DNA of 30,210 bases from a virus. Taxonomy: Duplodnaviria > Caudoviricetes. The DNA is taken from positions 1-30,210 of the IMG/VR virus record IMGVR_UViG_3300042562_000685. The stretch is one strand, 5' to 3'. A model generated the notes under the pieces. The model made no database searches. It was not told the DNA's origin and saw only the letters and a list, made by a program, of their open reading frames with translations. This document shows, one piece after another, positions 1 through 9,300 of this stretch. Positions within the stretch are counted from its first letter, which is position 1; each line of letters opens with the position of its first letter. Made by a program: the position numbers and the translations under genes.

Positions 1-2
1 AC

Positions 3-680
3 CCGTGGAATTTTGCCACTGCGCGAAAGAGACAGACCGTTACCTATCACACTCTCACAGGCGCTGCAGTGACTAATGAAGGCGGGTTGATTAAGATCAC
101 TCATCCTGGGCATGGTTATGCCACAGGAGATCGTGTTTATGTGAAGGACGTGCAAGGCGTTACCGCTGCAAATGGTCAGTGGTATGTCACCGTCGATGGA
201 AACCATTTCACTTTGGACGACTCGGTCTTTGCCGGAACTTACACAAATTCGACAGGCAGCGTCGTCGGCATTCCTCAGTTCGCCTATGACTTCCAGCACA
301 CTCCTCCAGCAGACTGCCTTCGACCGTTGTCGATCAATGCTGACGGTGGGCAGAATGAAGACGATGGATCCGACTTCCTGCTCGAAAAAGGCGTGATCCT
401 CTGCGATGACGAGACGATCAACCTGAAATACATCCAGCGCATCACTGATATTACTGATTATCCAGCCGACTTCGTAACCGCATTCAGTTATTTGCTTGCC
501 TCATACATCGCTTCAGACACCGCCGGCAGCAGTGGTCGAGCAACTGAGCTTCACCAGTTCTTTACGAAGGCAGCAGCACCACCTGTGAAGTCACGAGATG
601 CCAACGAGGGAAAAGGCCGGCGCATCACTCCGTTTGATGACTCTCAGGTTGTCCTTTCTCGCGGAGGTTATTCACTATGA
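3..680 (+). CDS. Tail tubular protein A (T7 gp11-like adaptor), 5' truncated by the window, with an inserted beta-rich FCCH-like domain
   Basis: Frame open from base 3: PWNFA...FQHTPPADCLR...LKYIQRITD...F..AFSYLLAS matches tail tubular A motifs; directly upstream of tubular B; insert KITHPGHGYATGDRVYVKDVQG. Confidence 0.85.
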   Translation, partial: PWNFATARKRQTVTYHTLTGAAVTNEGGLIKITHPGHGYATGDRVYVKDVQGVTAANGQWYVTVDGNHFTLDDSVFAGTYTNSTGSVVGIPQFAYDFQHTPPADCLRPLSINADGGQNEDDGSDFLLEKGVILCDDETINLKYIQRITDITDYPADFVTAFSYLLASYIASDTAGSSGRATELHQFFTKAAAPPVKSRDANEGKGRRITPFDDSQVVLSRGGYSL

Positions 681-3676
681 GTTCACAGATTCAAACGATC
701 AAAGCGGTCTTCAACGGTGGCGAAATGTCACCGATCATGGATGGGAGGACAGACTCTGAGAAGTATGCAACCGGATGTCGCATGCTGGAAAACTTCATGG
801 TGCGTTCCTACGGTGGAGCGTTCAAGCGTCCAGGCACACGGTTTGGAGTGACAGACAGTGGCATCTTGAGAGTCATCCCATTCAGGCGCAGCACTGAGGT
901 GAACTTTGTGCTCGCCTTCAAGGTGAACTCAATTGTGGTGTACTCCTACACCGGCGGTGCATTCACCTCGGTGACCACCGTCACGACCGATTACACATCA
1001 ACCGAGATCCCATTGCTGCACTACGTCCAGCTTAATGACGTGATGTTCTTCACCTGCTCGACCAAGCATCCAAAGCGTTTGACGAGGAACAGTGATGGAA
1101 CGTGGACATTCGTCGATGTGCCATTTGATTTCGCGCCTGTGCTCGATGCGCCAAAGGATGCGACAACGATGCGCCTGCTGTATAACGCAGACGACTGGAA
1201 CACGAGTTCAACCTACACCAAAGGGAACATTGTCACGCTGCCATTCACGCAGGCAATTACAGGTATCACAACATCTGGTGGTCTTCACCGAGTTACTGCT
1301 AACGCGCACGGGCTGAGTAATGGAGACACTGTGACAATTTACGGAGTCGCTGTGACGAGTGCGCTTGGAACATGGGTCATCTCAGGGGTATTAACTAACA
1401 GTTTTGATCTTGTTGGTTCTGCCAGCACCTTAACTGGCACCTATGGTGCTGCAACAGGAGCATTCTACGTCACCACGAGTTCTGACTACATCCGCACTTT
1501 TGTCTATGAATCGGCAACGACATCAACCGCTGCCATATTCAAAACCGCTGATTGGACTGAAGCGACATACATGTCATCGTGGAATCTTGGGACAACTTAT
1601 GCCTTTGGTGCAATCGCTGAATACAAAGCAAGTAATTATGTGTGCATCACAGCAGGTGCTGCAACCTTAGCGAATGCACCTGATGGCACTGCTCCAGCAT
1701 GGGTTCGCGTAAACTACAAAAGCAGTGGTCTTCAGATTACTGATTACAGGCTGATTAGTAGTTCTAGTATAACATCAGGAAGCGATGAAATAGGCGCAAA
1801 CTGGTTACTTTCACCAAGCTCAACAAAAAGAACTGCTTTTGAAATTATTGGCAATATCGCTTCAACTTACACAACAAGTTCATCTGTATTTATTCAGAAT
1901 GAATTCATATTTCGGACAACTTGGCAATCTAGTCTTGCACCAACAACAACTCAGATTCGCATTGAAGAATCTCTTGATCAAGTCAACTATACTTCGCTGC
2001 GTGAGTGGACTATTAACCACGCCTATGAAGGGACAATATCCTATTCAGGCACTGCCCCAAACACTGGTGGTTGGTACAGAATGGTATCAATTCGTGCTGC
2101 TTCTGCAACTGGTTCACAGATGACTATTGAGCCTGTTAATGGTGCTCTAAAGATACCGTTTTTGATCAGTTCATACTCGACACCATATCAATTCATCGGA
2201 GTTCCAAAACTCGCAGTGAATTCATTGATTCCGAACGAAGTGCTTGGAAGCGATTTCGCCATCTGGCAGAAGGCGGCATTCTCTGCCTCTCGTGGGTATC
2301 CTCGCACGTTGGCATTCCACGATCAGCGGCTGTTCTTTGCATCGACGACAACTGAGCCAACACGCATTTGGGGGAGCCAGACTGATGACTTCTACACATT
2401 CCTGACCGGTGCTCTCGACACGAGTGCGATTGACATGACGCTTGCGGCGACTCAAGCGAATGAGATCCAGTGGTTGGCATCATTCAAGCGCACGATGGTC
2501 ATCGGCACGAGTGGCGAGGAGTGGACGTTGGACACCGGCGACACCGATTCGGCCTTAACGCCGGCGAACATTAGACTTCGCAGGTGGAGTCGATATGGCT
2601 CGTCGCACCATCAGCCTGTTCTTTCGGGCGACTCCCTGCTGTGGTTGACGAGAGACGACCGTTTGCGTGAGTTTGCCTACGTCTTTGAGAAGGATGGTTA
2701 CTCTGCGCCAGACATGATGCTGCTCGCGGAGCACATCCCAAGTAGATCGACAGTTGAATACATAACGTACTCGCAGTCACCTGACCCGATTGTTTGGCTC
2801 GTGCATGCTGATGGTTCATGGAGTGGATTCACCTATGATCGTGAGAACTCGGTCACAGCCTGGCATTCGCACCGGACATTTACCGGAGATAAGATTCTGT
2901 CCCTTTGCACGCTTTATTCCTCATCGACCGCAGCAGATTCGCTCATCTTCCTGACAAACCGCAAAAGCGGAACCATCAATCTTGAGTCCATTGATGGTGC
3001 CATCATGATTGCCGCAGTTACTTCATCAGATGTGAACTATCAATCAGCATCAGACACGCAACATTCGACCGGCAAAGCAGGGTTCTTTTGCGATTGCTAC
3101 AGCATACTGACTCCGACAGGGACAACCACATCGGTGTTCACTGTGTCAGGCAATGCCAATCTAACGAGCCGATCACTCATTCTCGGCACATCGTCAGTGA
3201 CTACTACCGGAGCACCAATCGAAGCTACCGCCGGCGCAAGTACAGTGACGTTTGCTCTGTCTTCTGTGGCAGCACCAATGAATGTCGGTCTTCCTTATGT
3301 TGCATACATCATTCCGAACAGAGTCGAGATCCAGCTTCGTGACGGCACCGCTCAGATGAGGAGATGGAGAGTGGCTCGTGCAGCATTCCGACTGTTTCGC
3401 TCATTCTACGGTCAGGTCTGGAATAGATTGTCAGGTGCAGACTACACCTACAGCACTCGCATCAATATCGACAACATCGATGCGTTCCCAGTATCACCAT
3501 CACTCACTGCGACCACCACTGGTTATGTCACCGGTCAGACATTGCCTGACGCTGTGAACCACGACTGGGGAAACTGCTTGGATATCGTGATCGCATCGAA
3601 GCATCCTCTGCCATTTAATCTCACCGGCATGATACTGGATGTCGAGATCGACGGCACATCGGGGGCTGGAAGATAA
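677..3676 (+). CDS. Tail tubular protein B / nozzle (T7 gp12-like), 999 aa
   Basis: N-terminal FNGGEMSP..GRTD..KY..GC..LENF....GGAFKRPGTRF; GYPRTLAFHDQRLFFA, IWGSQTDDF, IGTSGEEW, AWHSH and VGLPY motifs typical of this family. Confidence 0.92.
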   Translation: MSSQIQTIKAVFNGGEMSPIMDGRTDSEKYATGCRMLENFMVRSYGGAFKRPGTRFGVTDSGILRVIPFRRSTEVNFVLAFKVNSIVVYSYTGGAFTSVTTVTTDYTSTEIPLLHYVQLNDVMFFTCSTKHPKRLTRNSDGTWTFVDVPFDFAPVLDAPKDATTMRLLYNADDWNTSSTYTKGNIVTLPFTQAITGITTSGGLHRVTANAHGLSNGDTVTIYGVAVTSALGTWVISGVLTNSFDLVGSASTLTGTYGAATGAFYVTTSSDYIRTFVYESATTSTAAIFKTADWTEATYMSSWNLGTTYAFGAIAEYKASNYVCITAGAATLANAPDGTAPAWVRVNYKSSGLQITDYRLISSSSITSGSDEIGANWLLSPSSTKRTAFEIIGNIASTYTTSSSVFIQNEFIFRTTWQSSLAPTTTQIRIEESLDQVNYTSLREWTINHAYEGTISYSGTAPNTGGWYRMVSIRAASATGSQMTIEPVNGALKIPFLISSYSTPYQFIGVPKLAVNSLIPNEVLGSDFAIWQKAAFSASRGYPRTLAFHDQRLFFASTTTEPTRIWGSQTDDFYTFLTGALDTSAIDMTLAATQANEIQWLASFKRTMVIGTSGEEWTLDTGDTDSALTPANIRLRRWSRYGSSHHQPVLSGDSLLWLTRDDRLREFAYVFEKDGYSAPDMMLLAEHIPSRSTVEYITYSQSPDPIVWLVHADGSWSGFTYDRENSVTAWHSHRTFTGDKILSLCTLYSSSTAADSLIFLTNRKSGTINLESIDGAIMIAAVTSSDVNYQSASDTQHSTGKAGFFCDCYSILTPTGTTTSVFTVSGNANLTSRSLILGTSSVTTTGAPIEATAGASTVTFALSSVAAPMNVGLPYVAYIIPNRVEIQLRDGTAQMRRWRVARAAFRLFRSFYGQVWNRLSGADYTYSTRINIDNIDAFPVSPSLTATTTGYVTGQTLPDAVNHDWGNCLDIVIASKHPLPFNLTGMILDVEIDGTSGAGR

Positions 3677-3677
3677 T

Positions 3678-4106
3678 ATGAACATCAGAGCATACACATC
3701 AGATGACTTTGATTTGGTCGCCTCCTGGGCAAAAGCGCGGGATATAGCCTTCCATCCTGCGTTCCTTAGCAAAAATGGATTCATTGTCACAGATGATGCC
3801 GGTGAACCATGTGCCGTTTCGTGGGTTTACCTCGTGTTCGACGTTCCAATTGCAATGGTCGATAACTTCATCACTCGACCCAATAGCAGCATCAAAACTT
3901 CCAAAGCCGCATGGCAAATCATGTGGTCAACCATCAAATCATTCTTGGAGAATCTTGTGAATTGCGAAGGCATTCCCATGAATTATCAATTCGTCAGAAC
4001 ACATTGCAAAACTCCTCTGGCTCGCTTTGCCAAGAGTGACGGTTGGCATGTATCAAAAACCACCAGCACACAGATTACCTATGAAATCACACCAAGACTG
4101 CCTTGA
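3678..4106 (+). CDS. Probable gp13-like / GNAT-fold virion assembly protein
   Basis: Position between nozzle and ejection genes; starts MNIRAYTSDDFDLVASW and ends in ARFAKSDGW, resembling a GNAT fold; ATG at 3678 just after the upstream stop. Confidence 0.55.
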   Translation: MNIRAYTSDDFDLVASWAKARDIAFHPAFLSKNGFIVTDDAGEPCAVSWVYLVFDVPIAMVDNFITRPNSSIKTSKAAWQIMWSTIKSFLENLVNCEGIPMNYQFVRTHCKTPLARFAKSDGWHVSKTTSTQITYEITPRLP

Positions 4107-4725
4107 TTTCTTCCCGCTAAATTGCTCAAACTTTGGGTGGTTAAGAACTCCTCCATGCAATACAGGGGTTGAGATTGGATTAGCCATTGCAACCGGAATC
4201 CAAGTCGCTGGTGCATATATGTCTTATGATGCATCAAGAACCGCTGCAAAGCAGGCAGAACTCAATGCCGAAGCGCAGAACAAGGCTATTGGTCAGGAGC
4301 AGATTCGTCAGGCGCAACAGAACGAAGAGAACCAACGTCGAGCAGTCACTGAGCAGGCTAGGTTTAGAGCGCAGCAGACAGCGGCAATGGCGGCAAGCGG
4401 AGCGACACTCGGAACCGGCACAAGCCTGTCACTGGAGGCAGATACATGGGCAAAGCAGCAGACTGAACTGAGCGACCAGCAGCACATGGCAGATCTGTCT
4501 CAGCGACAGTTGTCGTATGAAGGTCAATCGCTTCTGGCAATGGGCGAGCAGCAGTCAGCGGCAATCAAGGCGCAGGGCAATGCTCAATTAGTGTCCAATA
4601 TTGGACAGATCGCCGGCCAGGCTTATCAAGGATACAGCACTCGACCGCAAACAACCGGTGGCAAATCGACAATCCCTTCAGGATATACTCCAAAAACCGT
4701 ATCAGCCACTCCATCTGGATTATAA
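4081..4725 (+). CDS. Internal virion/ejection protein (T7 gp14-like)
   Basis: Hydrophobic Gly/Ala N-terminal segment, Q/A-rich coiled coil, QQTAAMAASGATLGTGTSL motif; synteny; start codon uncertain. Confidence 0.8.
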   Translation: MKSHQDCLDFFPLNCSNFGWLRTPPCNTGVEIGLAIATGIQVAGAYMSYDASRTAAKQAELNAEAQNKAIGQEQIRQAQQNEENQRRAVTEQARFRAQQTAAMAASGATLGTGTSLSLEADTWAKQQTELSDQQHMADLSQRQLSYEGQSLLAMGEQQSAAIKAQGNAQLVSNIGQIAGQAYQGYSTRPQTTGGKSTIPSGYTPKTVSATPSGL

Positions 4726-4728
4726 TTT

Positions 4729-6288
4729 ATGGCACGCATTCCAATTCTACAAAGCCCAACGCTGCAGGCTACGGGCAACGCGACGATCAAGACACCGGAT
4801 CTTCCAGCCGTAACCAATGCGGCACTCGGTGAAGGCTTGATGAATATCGGCCAAGCTGGGTTCAAGATGCTTGAGATGAAGAAGAAGGCTGATGACATCA
4901 CAAATGTCACTGCTGCCACTCTGTCGATGGACAAGGCTCACAAGGATTTCATCACTTATCAGCAGTCGCCTGAAGGAATGAATGACGATGCCAATTGGAG
5001 CAAGAAATGGAGCGAGATCTCAAGCAAGGTTGGTGAGGATGTGAAGACGATGGCACTCACGCCAGAGGCTAGATTGCATCTTGAAAGCAAACTGTCCAAC
5101 TGGAGCACCAATGGAGCGATTCGTGTGCAGGCTGATGTGTTTAAGCAGTCTGAAAACAAGGTGTTATCTGCCATCGATTCAGCAAAATCAGCAAGACAAT
5201 GGGATGCTGGACAGTCTGCGATAACTGCTGCGGAAGCAATTCTTCCATCTTGGCAAATTGAACGACTTCGCAACGATATGAATGAATCAAAACGAACACA
5301 AATCTTGAACGATTTTAGCAATACAGTTGGATCGTTAAGAAAAGAAGGAACCGCTGATGCAGCTGATCGGATCGATGCAATGGCGAATGAAATGTTTGCC
5401 AATAATCACATTTCTGAAGAAAACTATAAACTCATCAAGGATTCTGCTGATAAGCAAAAGCAATTGGCTATTGATTCTGAACAAAGAAACCAAGATCCAA
5501 TTGGCAATGCCAACAAATTGCAGAGCGATAAAAACTATCTCTCATGGTTAAATCCTGATGATCGCGCCTCTTTGATTGTTCAATCCCAAAACACACTGAA
5601 AAGGTTTCAGAGTTCAGAGTCGGAAGCTATTGTTAATCTTGCAATTGATGGGCAAGTCAAAACCTTTGAAGAGGCAAAACCTCTTTTCAAATGGAGTGAT
5701 CCTTCTCAGCAATTAGAGATTGAGAAGATGTTTAGAAACCCTGGCCCATCGAGTGAAGATCAGGCGTTAAAGCTCAATCAAGACACAATGGCATTGATTA
5801 AGAATTACGATTCTGAAACAGATATCGACAGTGCCACCAGAGCGCAGATCGCCAAATCAATTTCAAGCATGAGGAAATATCGCCCTGATATGGCTGATGG
5901 TCTTAAATTTGAATTTGAAAAGAGAATCAAAGACGGCAAGCCAACTGGATTCTCTGAATTCTCATCTGAGACACACACCATATTCAATGAGCTTTATCGC
6001 AGCGGACACTTCGGTGATCTTGGTGATGAGAAAAATGACAAGGACTCACCAAAAAGAGTAAAAGCCTTAATGGCTCAACAAACTCTTGAATCTCAAATTA
6101 AAGATGAATTCAACAAATTGCCAAAGGAGCAGCAAAACTTTGAGTCATTGAAAAAGTTAATGAATTCTTCGTTCAAGAGTATTTTAAAACTATCAGGTGC
6201 AGGGTCAGTGAATCCACTTCTGCCAAGAGTAAATTGGGAGAACACTCAATCACGAGTTCAAAGCATTCTCAGCGAGCAGAAAAAATAA
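4729..6288 (+). CDS. Internal virion/ejection protein (gp15-like position), 519 aa
   Basis: MARIP start, ALGEGLMNIG segment, helical composition, position between the gp14-like gene and the giant ejection protein. Confidence 0.7.
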   Translation: MARIPILQSPTLQATGNATIKTPDLPAVTNAALGEGLMNIGQAGFKMLEMKKKADDITNVTAATLSMDKAHKDFITYQQSPEGMNDDANWSKKWSEISSKVGEDVKTMALTPEARLHLESKLSNWSTNGAIRVQADVFKQSENKVLSAIDSAKSARQWDAGQSAITAAEAILPSWQIERLRNDMNESKRTQILNDFSNTVGSLRKEGTADAADRIDAMANEMFANNHISEENYKLIKDSADKQKQLAIDSEQRNQDPIGNANKLQSDKNYLSWLNPDDRASLIVQSQNTLKRFQSSESEAIVNLAIDGQVKTFEEAKPLFKWSDPSQQLEIEKMFRNPGPSSEDQALKLNQDTMALIKNYDSETDIDSATRAQIAKSISSMRKYRPDMADGLKFEFEKRIKDGKPTGFSEFSSETHTIFNELYRSGHFGDLGDEKNDKDSPKRVKALMAQQTLESQIKDEFNKLPKEQQNFESLKKLMNSSFKSILKLSGAGSVNPLLPRVNWENTQSRVQSILSEQKK

Positions 6289-6308
6289 AACAATCCGACT
6301 GAATCCAA

Positions 6309-9300
6309 ATGATCGACGAAACAAAAGCCAAGGAATTTGCATTAGGCATTGAAGATCCATCGGTTCCTGATGGTGAGAAGTTCAAGATGGCAACCGCTCT
6401 TGATGAATACTTCCAAGCTGAAGATCTGAAGGTAGATAAAAGCATCAAAAAGGCATTCACATCACCATCAATTGAAGGCGTTAAGATTGATGACAACGTC
6501 ATGGCCGGTTATGGCACTTCACCTGAAGAAATCGCGACCATCAAAAAAGGCGCAGCAAATGTTGCCTGGCTTGCGAGGCGTGAACAAAAGCCCATTGATC
6601 ATTTCAATCTGACATTGCCCGTCTATCAGGACACTTACGCGCAGCAGTTCTTTAAGTCGCCAAAGAAGACCGTCACTGATGACGAGTTCTACCAACTCGT
6701 GAGCGAAGACTACAAAGCACAAGACAATGCTCACAACCTGGCCTTTAGCGCAGCGGCACGAGATTTCACCGCAGACAGTGCAATCAATGAATTCAATGTT
6801 GGATTAACCGGCTCACCAGTAGCTGGACGTATGAAAGACTATCACCAGTCGATTGGTGATCTACACCTTGAATACACGCAGAGACTTGCGCCATACCGAA
6901 CAATCATTGATCAAGCGGCGAAGACTATTCAAAGCCTTGATCAAACGCCTTCAAACACATTTAACAAACTTACCGACAGTCTTGTCTTTGGTAAAGAGTT
7001 TGAAGTCCAAGAGAACGCTAATGATGCATTCAGCAAGATAGCTGAGAGTTTGCTTTCGCTGCCGCCAAAAGAGCGGTTGCTGGTAATCAATGCCATTGGT
7101 GAAGCGGGTTCAGCGGATCCAAAAGAAAAGAAAGCTTACTTGGAAAAAATCGCGATATCAATGGAGCGCGAAATAGAAAAAGGAGTCACTGGCACTGCGT
7201 CATTGGCTGAGTCGATGCTGACATCACAAGCAATTTCATTGTATCAAAACATCCCTGAGATGCAGGGAATTGTAGATGTTGCCAAAAATCGTCGAGAACT
7301 CCAAGTCTTAGCCGGCCAAGTAAAGATGATGGCACACAGCAAAATCAATCCTATCGCCGGCAATAATTGGTGGGAAGAAACCGGCATTGGAGTCGCACGC
7401 ATGACTCCGTTGCTGGCAGCGACATTCATTAGTAGCCCTGCGTCGATTGCTATCATGACAGGTCAGTTCAGGGATGAGGCAACTATTGAGGCAGTAAACG
7501 CAGGAGTGTCATTTGAGAACGCAGAGGTTGTTGGTGCTATTTCGGCACCGTTTATGGCAACGCAGGAATTCATCTCAAATGCTTTGCCGCTGGGAAAGAT
7601 CAAGATCCCGTTCATCGACAAATGGCTCAAAGCTGCAACAACAAGCGTCAAGAGCGCAGCAATTCGCGTTGCAACGCGCACTGTAATCGGAACGGCGACC
7701 GAGATCTCTGAAGAGGTCATGCAGACTGCGACACCTTTGCTCACCCAAGATCTGCTTTCTGAGTGGCAATCTGCATGGTCAATCGAAAGCGGAATCTCGA
7801 AAGCTGACTGGGATGAGCGCATGCCGAAGATCTCGGACATTGCAGAGCAGACATTTGGGCCGGCACTGATCGTGTCATTCCTCATGGCAGGCAGAATCTC
7901 CATTGCAGACGTGAAGAATTCACGCGCATTGATAACATCGCCTGACTATATGGTAAAATCAGGCATTGCTCCTGACTTAGCCAACCAGATCACAGTTGAA
8001 GGTTTGAAGGGCAACTACACTGAAGTCGATAAATTGTTCCGCAAAGGTTTCGACAAAGGCAACAAAGCAACGCCAGAGCAGATCAAGGAAGCTAAAAGAA
8101 AAATCAACATCAGAGAATCAGCGGCACTTGAATGGCATAACAAAGCCAGACAGGACTTTGGCCTTGGAACTCCAGCAAACATTGGCAATGGCAAGTACCA
8201 GTTTACGACTCCTATTCTGAAGGATGGCAAAGGCAATATCATTGATCAGGGAGTCAGCGCACAATTTGATTCACTCAGTGAAGCGAATGAAGCATGGATG
8301 CGATATCTGAAAAACAGTCGAATCACCATCAGAAAAGCAGAGCAGGAATTCCTTACATCAATGGTTAATACCTTGGAGGAAAAGCAGGGTCTTGATGTTG
8401 CCTTGATGATGGACTACGACATGTTCACCAAACAGTTCACCGAGTTGTTCCCATCGACTACCGCACAAGTCGAAGAGCGCATCAAGCTGACAGGCCAAAT
8501 TGATGGAGCAGTTGAAGATGTATCGCTCGACAATGCAACCCTCGAGTCTGAAGCAAACGACAATAAGAACTACCGGATCCTCGGCACTAACTCAATAGAG
8601 CAACGCGAAGGAATCTCTGTTGGAGTCATCACGCTTTACAAAGGAGGCAGTCTTCTCGACCTCATCGAGGAAAGCGCAGAAGTCGGAGTGAAGCGTTTAA
8701 TGAGTGATCCGACGAGCCGCACAAAACTGATTCTGCAAATCAGAGATGTCGAAGCGAAGATGAAAGAGAGGGCGATGCAGATGGGGCAGAGGCACATGCC
8801 TCTCATCGCTACCGGCGACGACAATCAGGTTTCCAATATGGAAATCATTGAAGCATTCTCGCACATTGCGAAGTCGTATTACGTGCAGACAGCCAAGGCC
8901 GTTGAGCGTCCGACCTTCACTTCGGACATGCCGCTCAATCTTTACCTTGGCAGTCTCCAGTCAAGCATTGCTGGCATGGAATTGAAGGATGCCATAGATC
9001 TCGTCGGTGAGAAGACGCTCAACATTCTCTATCGCGCTGCTCAATTGAAAGCGATCCACGATGCGAACGGACTCAACCAGGACTTCGTCGCTGCGCTTGA
9101 AAAGAGCGTTGGTCTGAATGTATCCAACCGCAACGCAGATGCCGTTGTTGACACTGCTGCTGGCATTGCTGCGGATGCCGGCGTGACGATGTCGATGGGA
9201 CGTGTCTCGCCAGAGCAAGACGCTGAGTATCTCGCTGCTGCTAAGGCGGGCGACTTGGCGAAGGCCCAGCGCATGGTGGACGAGGCGGCTATTTTAGCGA

